In this document: piece after piece, positions 1 through 8,180 of the stretch
How the letters are laid out: the number at the start of each line of letters is the position of its first letter
Numbering within the stretch: the stretch's first letter is position 1
IMG/VR virus record: IMGVR_UViG_3300039208_000182
Span: 1-38,203 of that record
Strand: one strand, 5' to 3'
Length of the DNA stretch: 38,203 bases
DNA from: a virus
Taxonomy: Duplodnaviria > Caudoviricetes
Notes under the pieces: generated by a model
Databases searched by the model: none
Seen by the model: only the letters and a program-made list of their open reading frames with translations
What the model was told of the DNA's origin: nothing
Translations under genes and position numbers: made by a program

Positions 1-17
1 GTTTCCCAGTCACGATC
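1..17 (+). other. Library amplification primer tag (round A/B random-PCR, SISPA-type primer B)
   Basis: GTTTCCCAGTCACGATC at the exact 5' end, with its exact reverse complement at the 3' end; an M13-forward-derived tag used in viral random amplification. Confidence 0.92.
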
Positions 18-125
18 TTGCGGCAAGGCCAAGACCCCAGCATCCAGTGGCCGCAAGTCCATGAACGTGCAGGGAATGTGCGACAGCCGACCGGCTGATA
101 GTGATCGTACCCAGTCCGCCAAGTA

Positions 126-284
126 ATGAAAGCCAAGGGAAAACCAGGGCGGATAGCTGTTTCGCCCTTAAAGAAAAAGGGCAAGCCCATCAAGCCCAAG
201 GGGAAGCCTGGCAAGAAGCCGGTCGTTAAGCCCCCTCGCGGTGGTTTGGCGGGAATGCTGCGCAAAGGAGCAAGACGTGCTTAA
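126..284 (+). CDS. Small Lys/Pro/Gly-rich basic protein (52 aa)
   Basis: ATG at 126 overlaps the upstream TAA (TAATG); MKAKGKPGRIAVSPLKKKGKPIKPKGKPGKKPVVKPPRGGLAGMLRKGARRA; below the ORF-track cutoff. Confidence 0.65.
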   Translation: MKAKGKPGRIAVSPLKKKGKPIKPKGKPGKKPVVKPPRGGLAGMLRKGARRA

Positions 285-579
285 ACCAACGATTAATCCC
301 TCCGGGGGACCGTTGAGTGTTAGGGGTGATTATAACCCACGTAAGGGAAATCTTAGTGATTCCCGAACACCGGGTATTTACCACCAGGGCAAGCCAGCTA
401 ACACGGTTCACCAAAAGCCGTTGCCCCCGGACGGTGGTCCGCGAATACGGCCTCGACCTCAGCCCAATGTCGAGCCAATGCCACAACCTAATTTTGATTT
501 TGATAGTTTAATGGGTATGATTGAAAAATATAAGATGAATGGTGGTGGTAAGACCGGGGGCGGCAAGTTTGGCCGCTAA
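277..579 (+). CDS. Hypothetical Pro/Gly-rich protein
   Basis: AAGGAG RBS before GTG at 277, in frame with track ORF 241..579. Confidence 0.6.
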   Translation: MLKPTINPSGGPLSVRGDYNPRKGNLSDSRTPGIYHQGKPANTVHQKPLPPDGGPRIRPRPQPNVEPMPQPNFDFDSLMGMIEKYKMNGGGKTGGGKFGR

Positions 580-1243
580 GCGTACCCGAAAGAATCATGA
601 CAAAGTAACAGAAGAAATTGTCATGAATCTGGCTCGTGGCATTGGGTTCAAAGAATCCTGCCAGATGGCTGGTGTTAGCCAGAGTCAAGGGTACGTGCTG
701 CGCCGGAAGTATCCGGTTTTTGAGGATGAGTGTAAGCGATTACTGGGTAGTGCTCTCCATCGACAACGCTTGACGGTTAAGCGAGGTAGCACCGAGGCTG
801 CCAAAAAGAAGGATTGGCGCGAACAGTTTGTAGTGCATTATCGCGAGACGGGCGATAGAGTGATGGCAGCTAATGCGGTTGATCGCAGCATTGGCGACAT
901 CGAAGAAATGCTCAACCCAGCTGGTGATAATTATGATGAAGAATTAGCTTCACTGATGCGCGAAGAGGAAGTCCGCAAGTTGTGGCAAATTGAGGATGCC
1001 GCTTTTCGCACCGCCATTAAAGGCGACAATAACACCATGCAGAAATTCCTGCTGCAGAACCTCCAGAAGGATCGATTTGGGCAGGCGGATCGGCATGGTG
1101 ATAAAACTCTTAACGTGTTTTGGTTCAGTAAAGAAAGTGAACTAAAGACACTAAAAGAATTGGATGGGCTTTTTGATGAATCTACCCAAGACACTGGACC
1201 AATACTTGATGTTGGACCAGAAGCTCCAGTCCTTACTGGATAG
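539..1243 (+). CDS. Putative terminase small subunit
   Basis: Directly upstream of and overlapping the large terminase; HTH-like segments (ESCQMAGVSQSQGY; AANAVDRS); helical C-terminal part. Confidence 0.6.
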   Translation: MVVVRPGAASLAAKRTRKNHDKVTEEIVMNLARGIGFKESCQMAGVSQSQGYVLRRKYPVFEDECKRLLGSALHRQRLTVKRGSTEAAKKKDWREQFVVHYRETGDRVMAANAVDRSIGDIEEMLNPAGDNYDEELASLMREEEVRKLWQIEDAAFRTAIKGDNNTMQKFLLQNLQKDRFGQADRHGDKTLNVFWFSKESELKTLKELDGLFDESTQDTGPILDVGPEAPVLTG

Positions 1244-2828
1244 TGGTAAAGATCGGGAGTACGCCCATTATCTAAGGGTTCTTTGCAAAAATGATCTTTA
1301 TGCCCTACTTCGTTATGTGCTTAGTCCACGTGAGTGGAAAGACAAAGAAACGGGGTTGCCGTTCTGGAACAAACAGTGGTTAATTGATCGCTGTCGGGAC
1401 GCACAATTCGACAATCATGACGTGCTCGATGTGTGGTCCCGGTTTCATTGTAAGAGTACAATTAAAACATTTGCACTTACAATTTTTGAATTAATCCAGA
1501 ACCCCAACGAAACCATTGGTATTTTTAGTATTACCAAGGGAAATGCCGAAGGTTTCGTGATGCAGATTAAGACGGAGCTGGAGCAGAATGAGATGCTCAA
1601 GTCTCTGTTCCCTGACGTGTTTTACTGGGATCCAGCCAAAGAAAGCACCCTTTGGTCACTGCAGAAAGGTTTCAATGTCAAACGAACCAGTAACACCAAC
1701 ACAGCTAATGTCGAGCCGCAGGGACTGGTTGACAGTAACTACGCCGGTAAGCGATATTCTATACAAAAGTACGATGATGTCGTTACTGAAGCGAGCGTCA
1801 CAAGTCCCGACATGGTTGAAAAGACAACACAAGGCTGGGAACTTAGCATGGGTACCGGGATGCCTGGAACCCGACGCCAGTACACTGGAACTTTCTACGC
1901 CTACGGAGATACCTACCATACAATTGTCGAAAGAGGAATAAAACTAAGATTACACCCGTGTTATGAAGTTGACTACGATAAGAGCACGTTCGACAAGTCT
2001 ACGGGGCTTCCTTTGGAGCTTCATTACTTTGATGATAAGCCTAGCTTGTTTGGCGGTGAGTTTCTTAGGGAATTGGCAGCCAGTATGGGTCCAATTACAT
2101 TTGGATGCCAGCTTCTTTGTAATCCTAGCGCTGGACTCGTTAGTGGTTTTAAGCTTGAGTGGTTTAGAACTTATACCGGAGAAACTTGGGACGTGGCTCG
2201 GGATCGACCCCGAGTAATTTTGGTGGATAGTGCTAATGAAAAGAAAAAGGGGAGTGATTACACTTGTATGTGGGTGGTTGCTCTCAGCGACAATGGTATT
2301 GCTTACATTGTTGACGGTATTAGGGATCGTCTCAATCTTCGGGAGCGTACTGATGCACTTTTCGATTTACACCAGCGGTGGAAGCCTTTAGAGGTACGAT
2401 ACGAACGTTATGGCATGATGGTAGACGTAGAACATATCCGCGAGGTTATGAACCAGCGCCATTATCATTTTGATATTATTGAAGTAAAGGGGAACACGAA
2501 AAAAGATGATCGAATCGCAAGACTAGTTCCATGGTTTAACGCGGGCAGGGTTTATTTCCCAGCAACTCTACCGTACGTTAATTATGAAATGGAAGAAGTT
2601 GATTTGACTGAGCAGTTTCTCAAGGAAGAATTCCTGAAATGGCCAACGGGTATTTTTAAGGATATGCTCGATTCACTGGCCAGGTTACGAGAACCAGATC
2701 ATCCACTGCCGTGGCCCTCTGACAGAGAAGCTCAAAAGAAGGCAGACACACTAAAGTGGCGACGACAGTTCGCACGACGACGTAACAGTACGATGTCGCA
2801 AAAGGGAGATTGGCAAGCCGCATGTTAG
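1164..2828 (+). CDS. terL: Terminase large subunit
   Basis: Walker A-like SRFHCKST, Walker B-like QKYDDVV, coupling motif TGTFY, nuclease motifs ILVDSA...SDYT and KDMLDSLA; alternative start ATG 1176. Confidence 0.92.
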   Translation: MGFLMNLPKTLDQYLMLDQKLQSLLDSGKDREYAHYLRVLCKNDLYALLRYVLSPREWKDKETGLPFWNKQWLIDRCRDAQFDNHDVLDVWSRFHCKSTIKTFALTIFELIQNPNETIGIFSITKGNAEGFVMQIKTELEQNEMLKSLFPDVFYWDPAKESTLWSLQKGFNVKRTSNTNTANVEPQGLVDSNYAGKRYSIQKYDDVVTEASVTSPDMVEKTTQGWELSMGTGMPGTRRQYTGTFYAYGDTYHTIVERGIKLRLHPCYEVDYDKSTFDKSTGLPLELHYFDDKPSLFGGEFLRELAASMGPITFGCQLLCNPSAGLVSGFKLEWFRTYTGETWDVARDRPRVILVDSANEKKKGSDYTCMWVVALSDNGIAYIVDGIRDRLNLRERTDALFDLHQRWKPLEVRYERYGMMVDVEHIREVMNQRHYHFDIIEVKGNTKKDDRIARLVPWFNAGRVYFPATLPYVNYEMEEVDLTEQFLKEEFLKWPTGIFKDMLDSLARLREPDHPLPWPSDREAQKKADTLKWRRQFARRRNSTMSQKGDWQAAC

Positions 2829-4678
2829 ACTACAAAGATTTCCAAGATCGGATGCGCGATATCGTCGATTACATGTCCTACTGGGATCCAGAGGCATTTG
2901 ACGATTTCCGGTTCGCAGCCCTAGACCAGTGGGCCGAATCAACCCGGCAGCGACTAGATGAACTTAAGCGCCCCCATTTGGTGCTCGACAAAACTCGTAT
3001 TATCATCGACTCAGTTGGTGGTAGCGAGGTCAGCAATCGTTATGAGCCCAAGTTTTACCCTCGCAATCTACCTGGTGAGGACATTGATCTGGAAGCCAGT
3101 GAGGGAGTAGGAGAGCTTTATCGTTGGGGTCGTCAGACCTGCGACGCTGAGCACCAGGAAAGTATGATGTTCCGTGACACGGCCATTTGTGGTGTTGGGT
3201 GTACTGATACTTTCATGGATTACACCGATAGCCAGGATGGCAACGGTATTATCCGCACGGTGCGAGTCCCCGTATTCCAGGTAGCTTGGGATCCCACCAG
3301 CCAGGACGCTAACTTCGCTGATGCCAACTTCTTCGTGCGGGATAAGTGGATCCCTGAAAAGGAATTCATCGCCAAGTACCCGGATTTTGCTGGGGTGTAC
3401 AACGAAAAAGGTGATATACACGAAAGCCGAGTTCTTCAGCGAGCATGGAGCCGGTTAACCAATCGAGACAACAATCGTTACGCAGGCTCCCGCAGCTTCC
3501 AGTATTTTGACCCTAAGCATAGACATGTACACGTATGGGAGTACCAGTGGCGAGAGCTGCGACCCGTTACTCGTATTATGATCCCCAACGCCATGGGGCA
3601 ATACGACGACATGGTAGTGGAGCGTCACGAAGCAGAGAGTATTATTGAGGAGGCGATGCAGGCCAATGAAGCGTTACAAACGATGGCTCAAGAAAGCGGT
3701 GTTGAAGTGGCGAGGGAAGTCAAGTGGCACCACTTTGAAAAGTATTTTTATTACAGAAGCATTCTCGCAGGGAAAGAAATACTTGAAGAGGTGGATGAAC
3801 CGCTCCAAGACTTCACGCTAAAGTTTACCACTGGGTTCGAGGATTTCAGCCGGGGCGATAAGAAATATTATTTTGGACTTATGAAACCGATGCGCGATCC
3901 GCAGAAGTATGTTAATTCATTCTTCTCGGCAGCAATCCACAAGTGGTCCACCAGTCCCAAGGGAGCATTCTTACACGAGCCCAACTTCTTTGAAGATGAA
4001 GATGAAGCACGCAAGCAGTTCGCTCAACCCAATCCGGTTCTGCGCACGGCGCACGGAGCCCTTTCAGGAACAGCTAAAGATAAGTACCGGATCATAGAGA
4101 ATCACAATTCCTTCTCGGGAAGTGAGCCGCTGTTTAACTTCGCGAACAATGCTATCTCAGAGGCCAGTGGTGTAAACCCTGCCTACACAGCTGGTTTGGC
4201 TGGTGACGTTAGGCGTGCAGCTACTAGCGCTATTGAGTTGGTACAGCAGGGTAATTTAACCACGCTGGCACCTTTATTTGACGGATTACGGCGGTACCGT
4301 AAGGCACACGCCGGACTGTTCATGAGCTTCGTGCGAGAGTACATGAACGACGACCAAATTATCCGGGTACTGGGGCCGGAAAAAGCGCACATGGTACAGC
4401 TAACTAAAGATGAGTTAGTTCGCCAGTATGACATTGTGGTGTCGGATGGTCCATCCTCGCCGACACAGCAGCATCAAGTGATGCAACACCTGGTGCAAAC
4501 GGATCTGCTCGGCAGGCTTATCGACACACAGTTGTGGCCAGCTGAGGGTTGGAAGTACTTAGGATTACCCAGTGATCTTGGTACTCAGATCATGAATCGC
4601 CAGCAAATGATGGAACAAATGATGATGCAGCAGCAAGCCCCACCCGCCGGGGAAGGCGGAGAACCAATCCCTGAATAA
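2822..4678 (+). CDS. Portal protein (P22-like)
   Basis: About 620 aa after terL; DQW...L...RP.L..DK, ICGVG, WDP, YFGLMKPMRDPQKYVN, YDIVVSDGPSSPT, M/Q-rich tail. Confidence 0.88.
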   Translation: MLDYKDFQDRMRDIVDYMSYWDPEAFDDFRFAALDQWAESTRQRLDELKRPHLVLDKTRIIIDSVGGSEVSNRYEPKFYPRNLPGEDIDLEASEGVGELYRWGRQTCDAEHQESMMFRDTAICGVGCTDTFMDYTDSQDGNGIIRTVRVPVFQVAWDPTSQDANFADANFFVRDKWIPEKEFIAKYPDFAGVYNEKGDIHESRVLQRAWSRLTNRDNNRYAGSRSFQYFDPKHRHVHVWEYQWRELRPVTRIMIPNAMGQYDDMVVERHEAESIIEEAMQANEALQTMAQESGVEVAREVKWHHFEKYFYYRSILAGKEILEEVDEPLQDFTLKFTTGFEDFSRGDKKYYFGLMKPMRDPQKYVNSFFSAAIHKWSTSPKGAFLHEPNFFEDEDEARKQFAQPNPVLRTAHGALSGTAKDKYRIIENHNSFSGSEPLFNFANNAISEASGVNPAYTAGLAGDVRRAATSAIELVQQGNLTTLAPLFDGLRRYRKAHAGLFMSFVREYMNDDQIIRVLGPEKAHMVQLTKDELVRQYDIVVSDGPSSPTQQHQVMQHLVQTDLLGRLIDTQLWPAEGWKYLGLPSDLGTQIMNRQQMMEQMMMQQQAPPAGEGGEPIPE

Positions 4679-4689
4679 GGAGAGTAATT

Positions 4690-5670
4690 TTGAGTTTGCA
4701 GAATGAAGATAAAGTAAATGAACTAATTTCGGATCGAGATTGGGGTTCACATGAAGATGATTCAGAGTTTGATGGAACAACTAGGGAAACGGATATCGGT
4801 GATGGAAACTTATTACCCCCTAGTGATGAATCCGGAGATAGTGAAACCCCCGATGATGAGGCCGCAGAAGCAGAAGATAACGATGATGTAGTTGAGGAAC
4901 CTAATGAAGAGTTAGAAGCTCTACAGCGTGAGTCTGAAGGACGCCTTAAGGATCTTATTCGTGAGCGTCAAGCACGGGCTCAAATGCAAGAGCAGCTGGC
5001 GGCTGTTAATGAGCAGATGGAGCAGCTCCGCAACGACTTAACCCAGGAGGAAACCCCTAATCCGGACGAGGATGAGGTAGCTTACCTGGAACGAGTTAAC
5101 CGCGACAACGCAGCCGTATTGCAGGAAGAGATTCAATCACTGCGCCAGGAAATGCAATACCGAGAATTAGAGCGAGAAGTGTCGGATGTGGCCGGTGCCA
5201 CGGTTCACTACGAACAGAGTTTCAGAGAGCAGCATAATGATTACGATGATGCATTTGAACACGTTAGAAATACTTATGTCAACGAGCTTCGGTCCCAGGG
5301 TATCTCTGATGCGGAAGCCGAGCAACGAGTATTTGCGATGGGGTTCCATTTCAGCAAGGCTGCACTTATGGAAGGACGAGATCCCGCACAGGCTATCTAT
5401 GATGAAGCAAGACGGCTCGGGTTTAATGCTGCAGGCCCTACTCCCGAAGTTCCCACGGAACCGGAGATTAAGGAAACACCCAACCGCCCCAGCCTATCTG
5501 AACCTGGGATGAATGGAGTAGGTAATTCTACCGCTCGCAAGGGCAAGGTAACTCAGGAATGGGTTTTCAATAACTTGGACAAAGGACAACGCCGCAAGAT
5601 TTTCAATGATCCTACGTTAAATCGGGAACTGGCTGAAACCGGGTACGTAACACTACCTGCTGACTTCTAA
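4690..5670 (+). CDS. Capsid scaffolding protein
   Basis: Acidic N-terminus, coiled coil, PNPDEDE...HNDYDDAF...DPAQAIY pattern; lies between portal and MCP; AGGAG RBS plus TTG start. Confidence 0.75.
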   Translation: MSLQNEDKVNELISDRDWGSHEDDSEFDGTTRETDIGDGNLLPPSDESGDSETPDDEAAEAEDNDDVVEEPNEELEALQRESEGRLKDLIRERQARAQMQEQLAAVNEQMEQLRNDLTQEETPNPDEDEVAYLERVNRDNAAVLQEEIQSLRQEMQYRELEREVSDVAGATVHYEQSFREQHNDYDDAFEHVRNTYVNELRSQGISDAEAEQRVFAMGFHFSKAALMEGRDPAQAIYDEARRLGFNAAGPTPEVPTEPEIKETPNRPSLSEPGMNGVGNSTARKGKVTQEWVFNNLDKGQRRKIFNDPTLNRELAETGYVTLPADF

Positions 5671-5773
5671 GGTTCGCGTTAAAATATACCTTCGGATGGT
5701 ACAAAAAGCACCGTAAATCGCGCCCCCTCAAGGCGATAACTGAGGCCACCGAGAGTGCTACTCGTAACTAGCA
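5669..5773 (+). promoter_or_regulatory. Multi-hairpin leader upstream of the major capsid gene
   Basis: Stems AAGGT/ACCTT (5669-5692), CCTCA/TGAGG (5726-5745) and TGCTA/TAGCA (5756-5773), each with a loop containing CG(N)TAA. Confidence 0.4.
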
Positions 5774-5819
5774 TAATTGTTTTAGTTGATTCATTTAATT
5801 TTCATGAAAGGAGTACCTA

Positions 5820-6911
5820 GTGGCTGTTCGAGAGAATACTTCTAGTAATCCACTGAGTAATCAACAGTGGGCAGAAGGTCTTGAGGCTCAGGTTCTCGAT
5901 AAGATCAGTTACGTGAATCTTATCGGTAAGTCTAGTTCCGATATTATTCAGCAGCGTGACGACCTTATCAAGGCGGCTGGTGACCAGATTACGTTTGGTC
6001 TGAGGCCGCAGGACTACCCGGTTCTTCTTGGTGAATCTGATGAGTACGAAGGCAACGAGAACTCGATTACCACGTATACGGATAGTATCGTGATTAATGA
6101 GATCGGTCTGCCGTATCGGTGGAAGACTCGTATGTCTCGTCAGAGGGTTCGCTTTGAGGACAGGGATGAGGCCAAGGCCGCAATTAGTGATGGCATGGCT
6201 AACGGTCTGGATATTGCACTCTTTATCCAAGGCTGTGGTTTTGATGCCACGAGCGGTAGTTACTTCGGGTATGACATGGCAACACTGCCTGCTACCATGA
6301 AGGGCAACAACACCGTTCATCCTCCGACCACGAATCACCACCTGTTCGCAGGTACCGGCAACAGTGCCGATGAGGATTTGGCGTCGGGTGACGACTTTAC
6401 TTTGGATCTAATTTCCGAGGCTGTTAAGAAGGCTAAGACTAACACCATTCCGATTCGCCCAGCGCGTATCAATGGTGGCGAGTATTACGTTTGCTTCGTG
6501 CATCCGTATCAGCTGGCCCAGCTTCGTGAGCAGGACTCCCGTTGGGATAAGGTCTACTTGGCCGCCCTCCAGGGAGGTATGATTAGCGACAATCCATTGT
6601 TCAATGGAACGATGGGTGTGTGGGATGGTTGCCTTATTATCGAGTCGACGCGTGTTACACCGGGCGTTAACTCCAGTACCAAGGCGGTTATCGGCGACGT
6701 TAAGCGTGCTCTGTTCTGCGGCGCTCAGGCTTTCACCATTGCGTGGGGCCGTACGGGCGGTGATCCGGGTAGTTTCGTTTGGGAAGAGGAAAGGTTTGGC
6801 TACGGTCGCCAGCGCGGTATTGCCGCCAGTGCCCTGGTTGGACTTTCTAAGAACCAATTCAACAGCGAGGATTTCGGTACCATCGTGATTTCTTCGCACA
6901 GCGCGAGCTAA
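5820..6911 (+). CDS. Major capsid protein (DUF4043 / N4-gp56-like family)
   Basis: DLIKAAGDQITFGLR...EGNE, YVCFVHPYQ...LR, NPLFNG.MGVWDG, RALFCGAQA, K.QFNSEDFGTIVI; AAAGGAG RBS plus GTG. Confidence 0.9.
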   Translation: MAVRENTSSNPLSNQQWAEGLEAQVLDKISYVNLIGKSSSDIIQQRDDLIKAAGDQITFGLRPQDYPVLLGESDEYEGNENSITTYTDSIVINEIGLPYRWKTRMSRQRVRFEDRDEAKAAISDGMANGLDIALFIQGCGFDATSGSYFGYDMATLPATMKGNNTVHPPTTNHHLFAGTGNSADEDLASGDDFTLDLISEAVKKAKTNTIPIRPARINGGEYYVCFVHPYQLAQLREQDSRWDKVYLAALQGGMISDNPLFNGTMGVWDGCLIIESTRVTPGVNSSTKAVIGDVKRALFCGAQAFTIAWGRTGGDPGSFVWEEERFGYGRQRGIAASALVGLSKNQFNSEDFGTIVISSHSAS

Positions 6912-6923
6912 AGGAGGTAAAAC

Positions 6924-7397
6924 ATGGCAGCTACAGTTGTTGACGCAACCGACAATCGCCGTGAACAGGCTCCTTTTCTGCACGTCGGTCTGACCCCCGT
7001 TTTTAAGACGGTCGAGGTCCAGACTACGAGTGTAGATGAAGTTAACGACGCTGTTCTTCTTTATGAGTTCCCGGCAGTAGCGTTCGTTCGTAACGTTGCT
7101 GGTGCGGTTACTTACGATATCGGGACTCTCGATTCCAATGGTACGCCCACTTGGGCCGCCAGTCTTGGAATTGGTGACTCCGATGGTGTTCTCGATACTA
7201 CGCTTAAGACGGGTATTGATGAGGATGACCTCGGGGAATCCGACGCGGTTAGCGGCGGGAATGCTTGGTTAGACGTGGGTGGTAAGTTTCTTATCCTTCG
7301 CACTACGACCGCTGCTGCTACGGCAGCCGCCGCCGATGTGTCCGTAGGGTTTGAATTCGCAGCTGGTCTGCGGGAAATCAACCACGACGGTAGTTAA
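6924..7397 (+). CDS. Putative capsid decoration/cement protein
   Basis: Strong AAGGAGGT RBS; directly after MCP and before the terminator; Ala/Thr/Asp-rich beta-type composition. Confidence 0.5.
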   Translation: MAATVVDATDNRREQAPFLHVGLTPVFKTVEVQTTSVDEVNDAVLLYEFPAVAFVRNVAGAVTYDIGTLDSNGTPTWAASLGIGDSDGVLDTTLKTGIDEDDLGESDAVSGGNAWLDVGGKFLILRTTTAAATAAAADVSVGFEFAAGLREINHDGS

Positions 7398-7404
7398 TTT
7401 TTTA

Positions 7405-7466
7405 CTCTGGCAGGGAGGTTTGGACTGGGCTTACTCGGTCGTCTCCCTGCCCGGAGATTTTTCTTT
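7405..7466 (+). terminator. Probable intrinsic terminator after the capsid genes
   Basis: GGCAGGGAG/CTCCCTGCC outer stem with inner GACTGGG-CTTA-CTCGGTC hairpin, followed by TTTTTCTTT. Confidence 0.55.
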
Positions 7467-8180
7467 ATGAGTGATCTAGGTACCCTAATATATCGAGTGT
7501 TGGATGAGTTGCCCCGCAACACGTCATCCGATGAGGACCGCATTAAGCTGGCCGCCATTGACGCTATTAAGTACTGGCGGACTACACCTTTGTTCTTCAA
7601 TGAGCTTACCGACCAGTTTACGGTAACTATCGGGGAAGAAGCTTATGGTGATGTCACTTCAGAAGGTGCCGGTGCTGGGTATGATAATACCTTATTGGGA
7701 ATAAATTGCCTTTATGCCGACGACGCGGGCGGCCATTTTGAGCCAGTTGAGCAATGGCCCCTTGATATCGTTCGTCTCCAAAACACCAATACCACCAGTA
7801 TTAGAGGTTACCCGGATTTCTTCGCTTTTTTCAACAAACAAATTTATGTGAGTCCAGTACCACATGTAGCTTACGATATCCGTATTGATGGGATCAAAGA
7901 TATTGGCACACCCGTGGCTCAGGCATCGGCAGGAACCCTACAGTTCTTCGAGCCGGATGGTACCACTGCTTTAACGGATGCGTACACCAGTGAATGGTTC
8001 ACAGAGGCCGAGGAGTTGATTAGACTTGAAATTAAAATCAATCTGGCGGAGAATGTGTTTAGGGACTTTGGTCTTGCTAATATCCTCCGCAGCCGTCGAA
8101 CCGATGTCTTTAACAAAGTCCAAGATCGAAAGAGGGCTTTCCGACACAACTCACGAGTCATTCCTTATGAAGCGTACTAG
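7467..8180 (+). CDS. Head-tail adaptor (tail tubular protein A-like)
   Basis: I..AAIDAIKYW...LFFNE, GYP.FFA....IYVSPVP..AY, WFTEAEELIR pattern; position before the tail hub. Confidence 0.65.
   Translation: MSDLGTLIYRVLDELPRNTSSDEDRIKLAAIDAIKYWRTTPLFFNELTDQFTVTIGEEAYGDVTSEGAGAGYDNTLLGINCLYADDAGGHFEPVEQWPLDIVRLQNTNTTSIRGYPDFFAFFNKQIYVSPVPHVAYDIRIDGIKDIGTPVAQASAGTLQFFEPDGTTALTDAYTSEWFTEAEELIRLEIKINLAENVFRDFGLANILRSRRTDVFNKVQDRKRAFRHNSRVIPYEAY

Noticed and set aside
5817-6983. Long antisense ORFs opposite the capsid gene (and similar shadow ORFs elsewhere)
   Set aside because: Explained by codon bias of the sense gene; no RBS or recognisable motifs
8026-8166. Apparent hydrophobic leader on the tail hub (MKLKSIWRRMCLGTLVLLISSAA)
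   Set aside because: Out-of-frame overlap with the adaptor gene; the recognisable family N-terminus begins at ATG 8167
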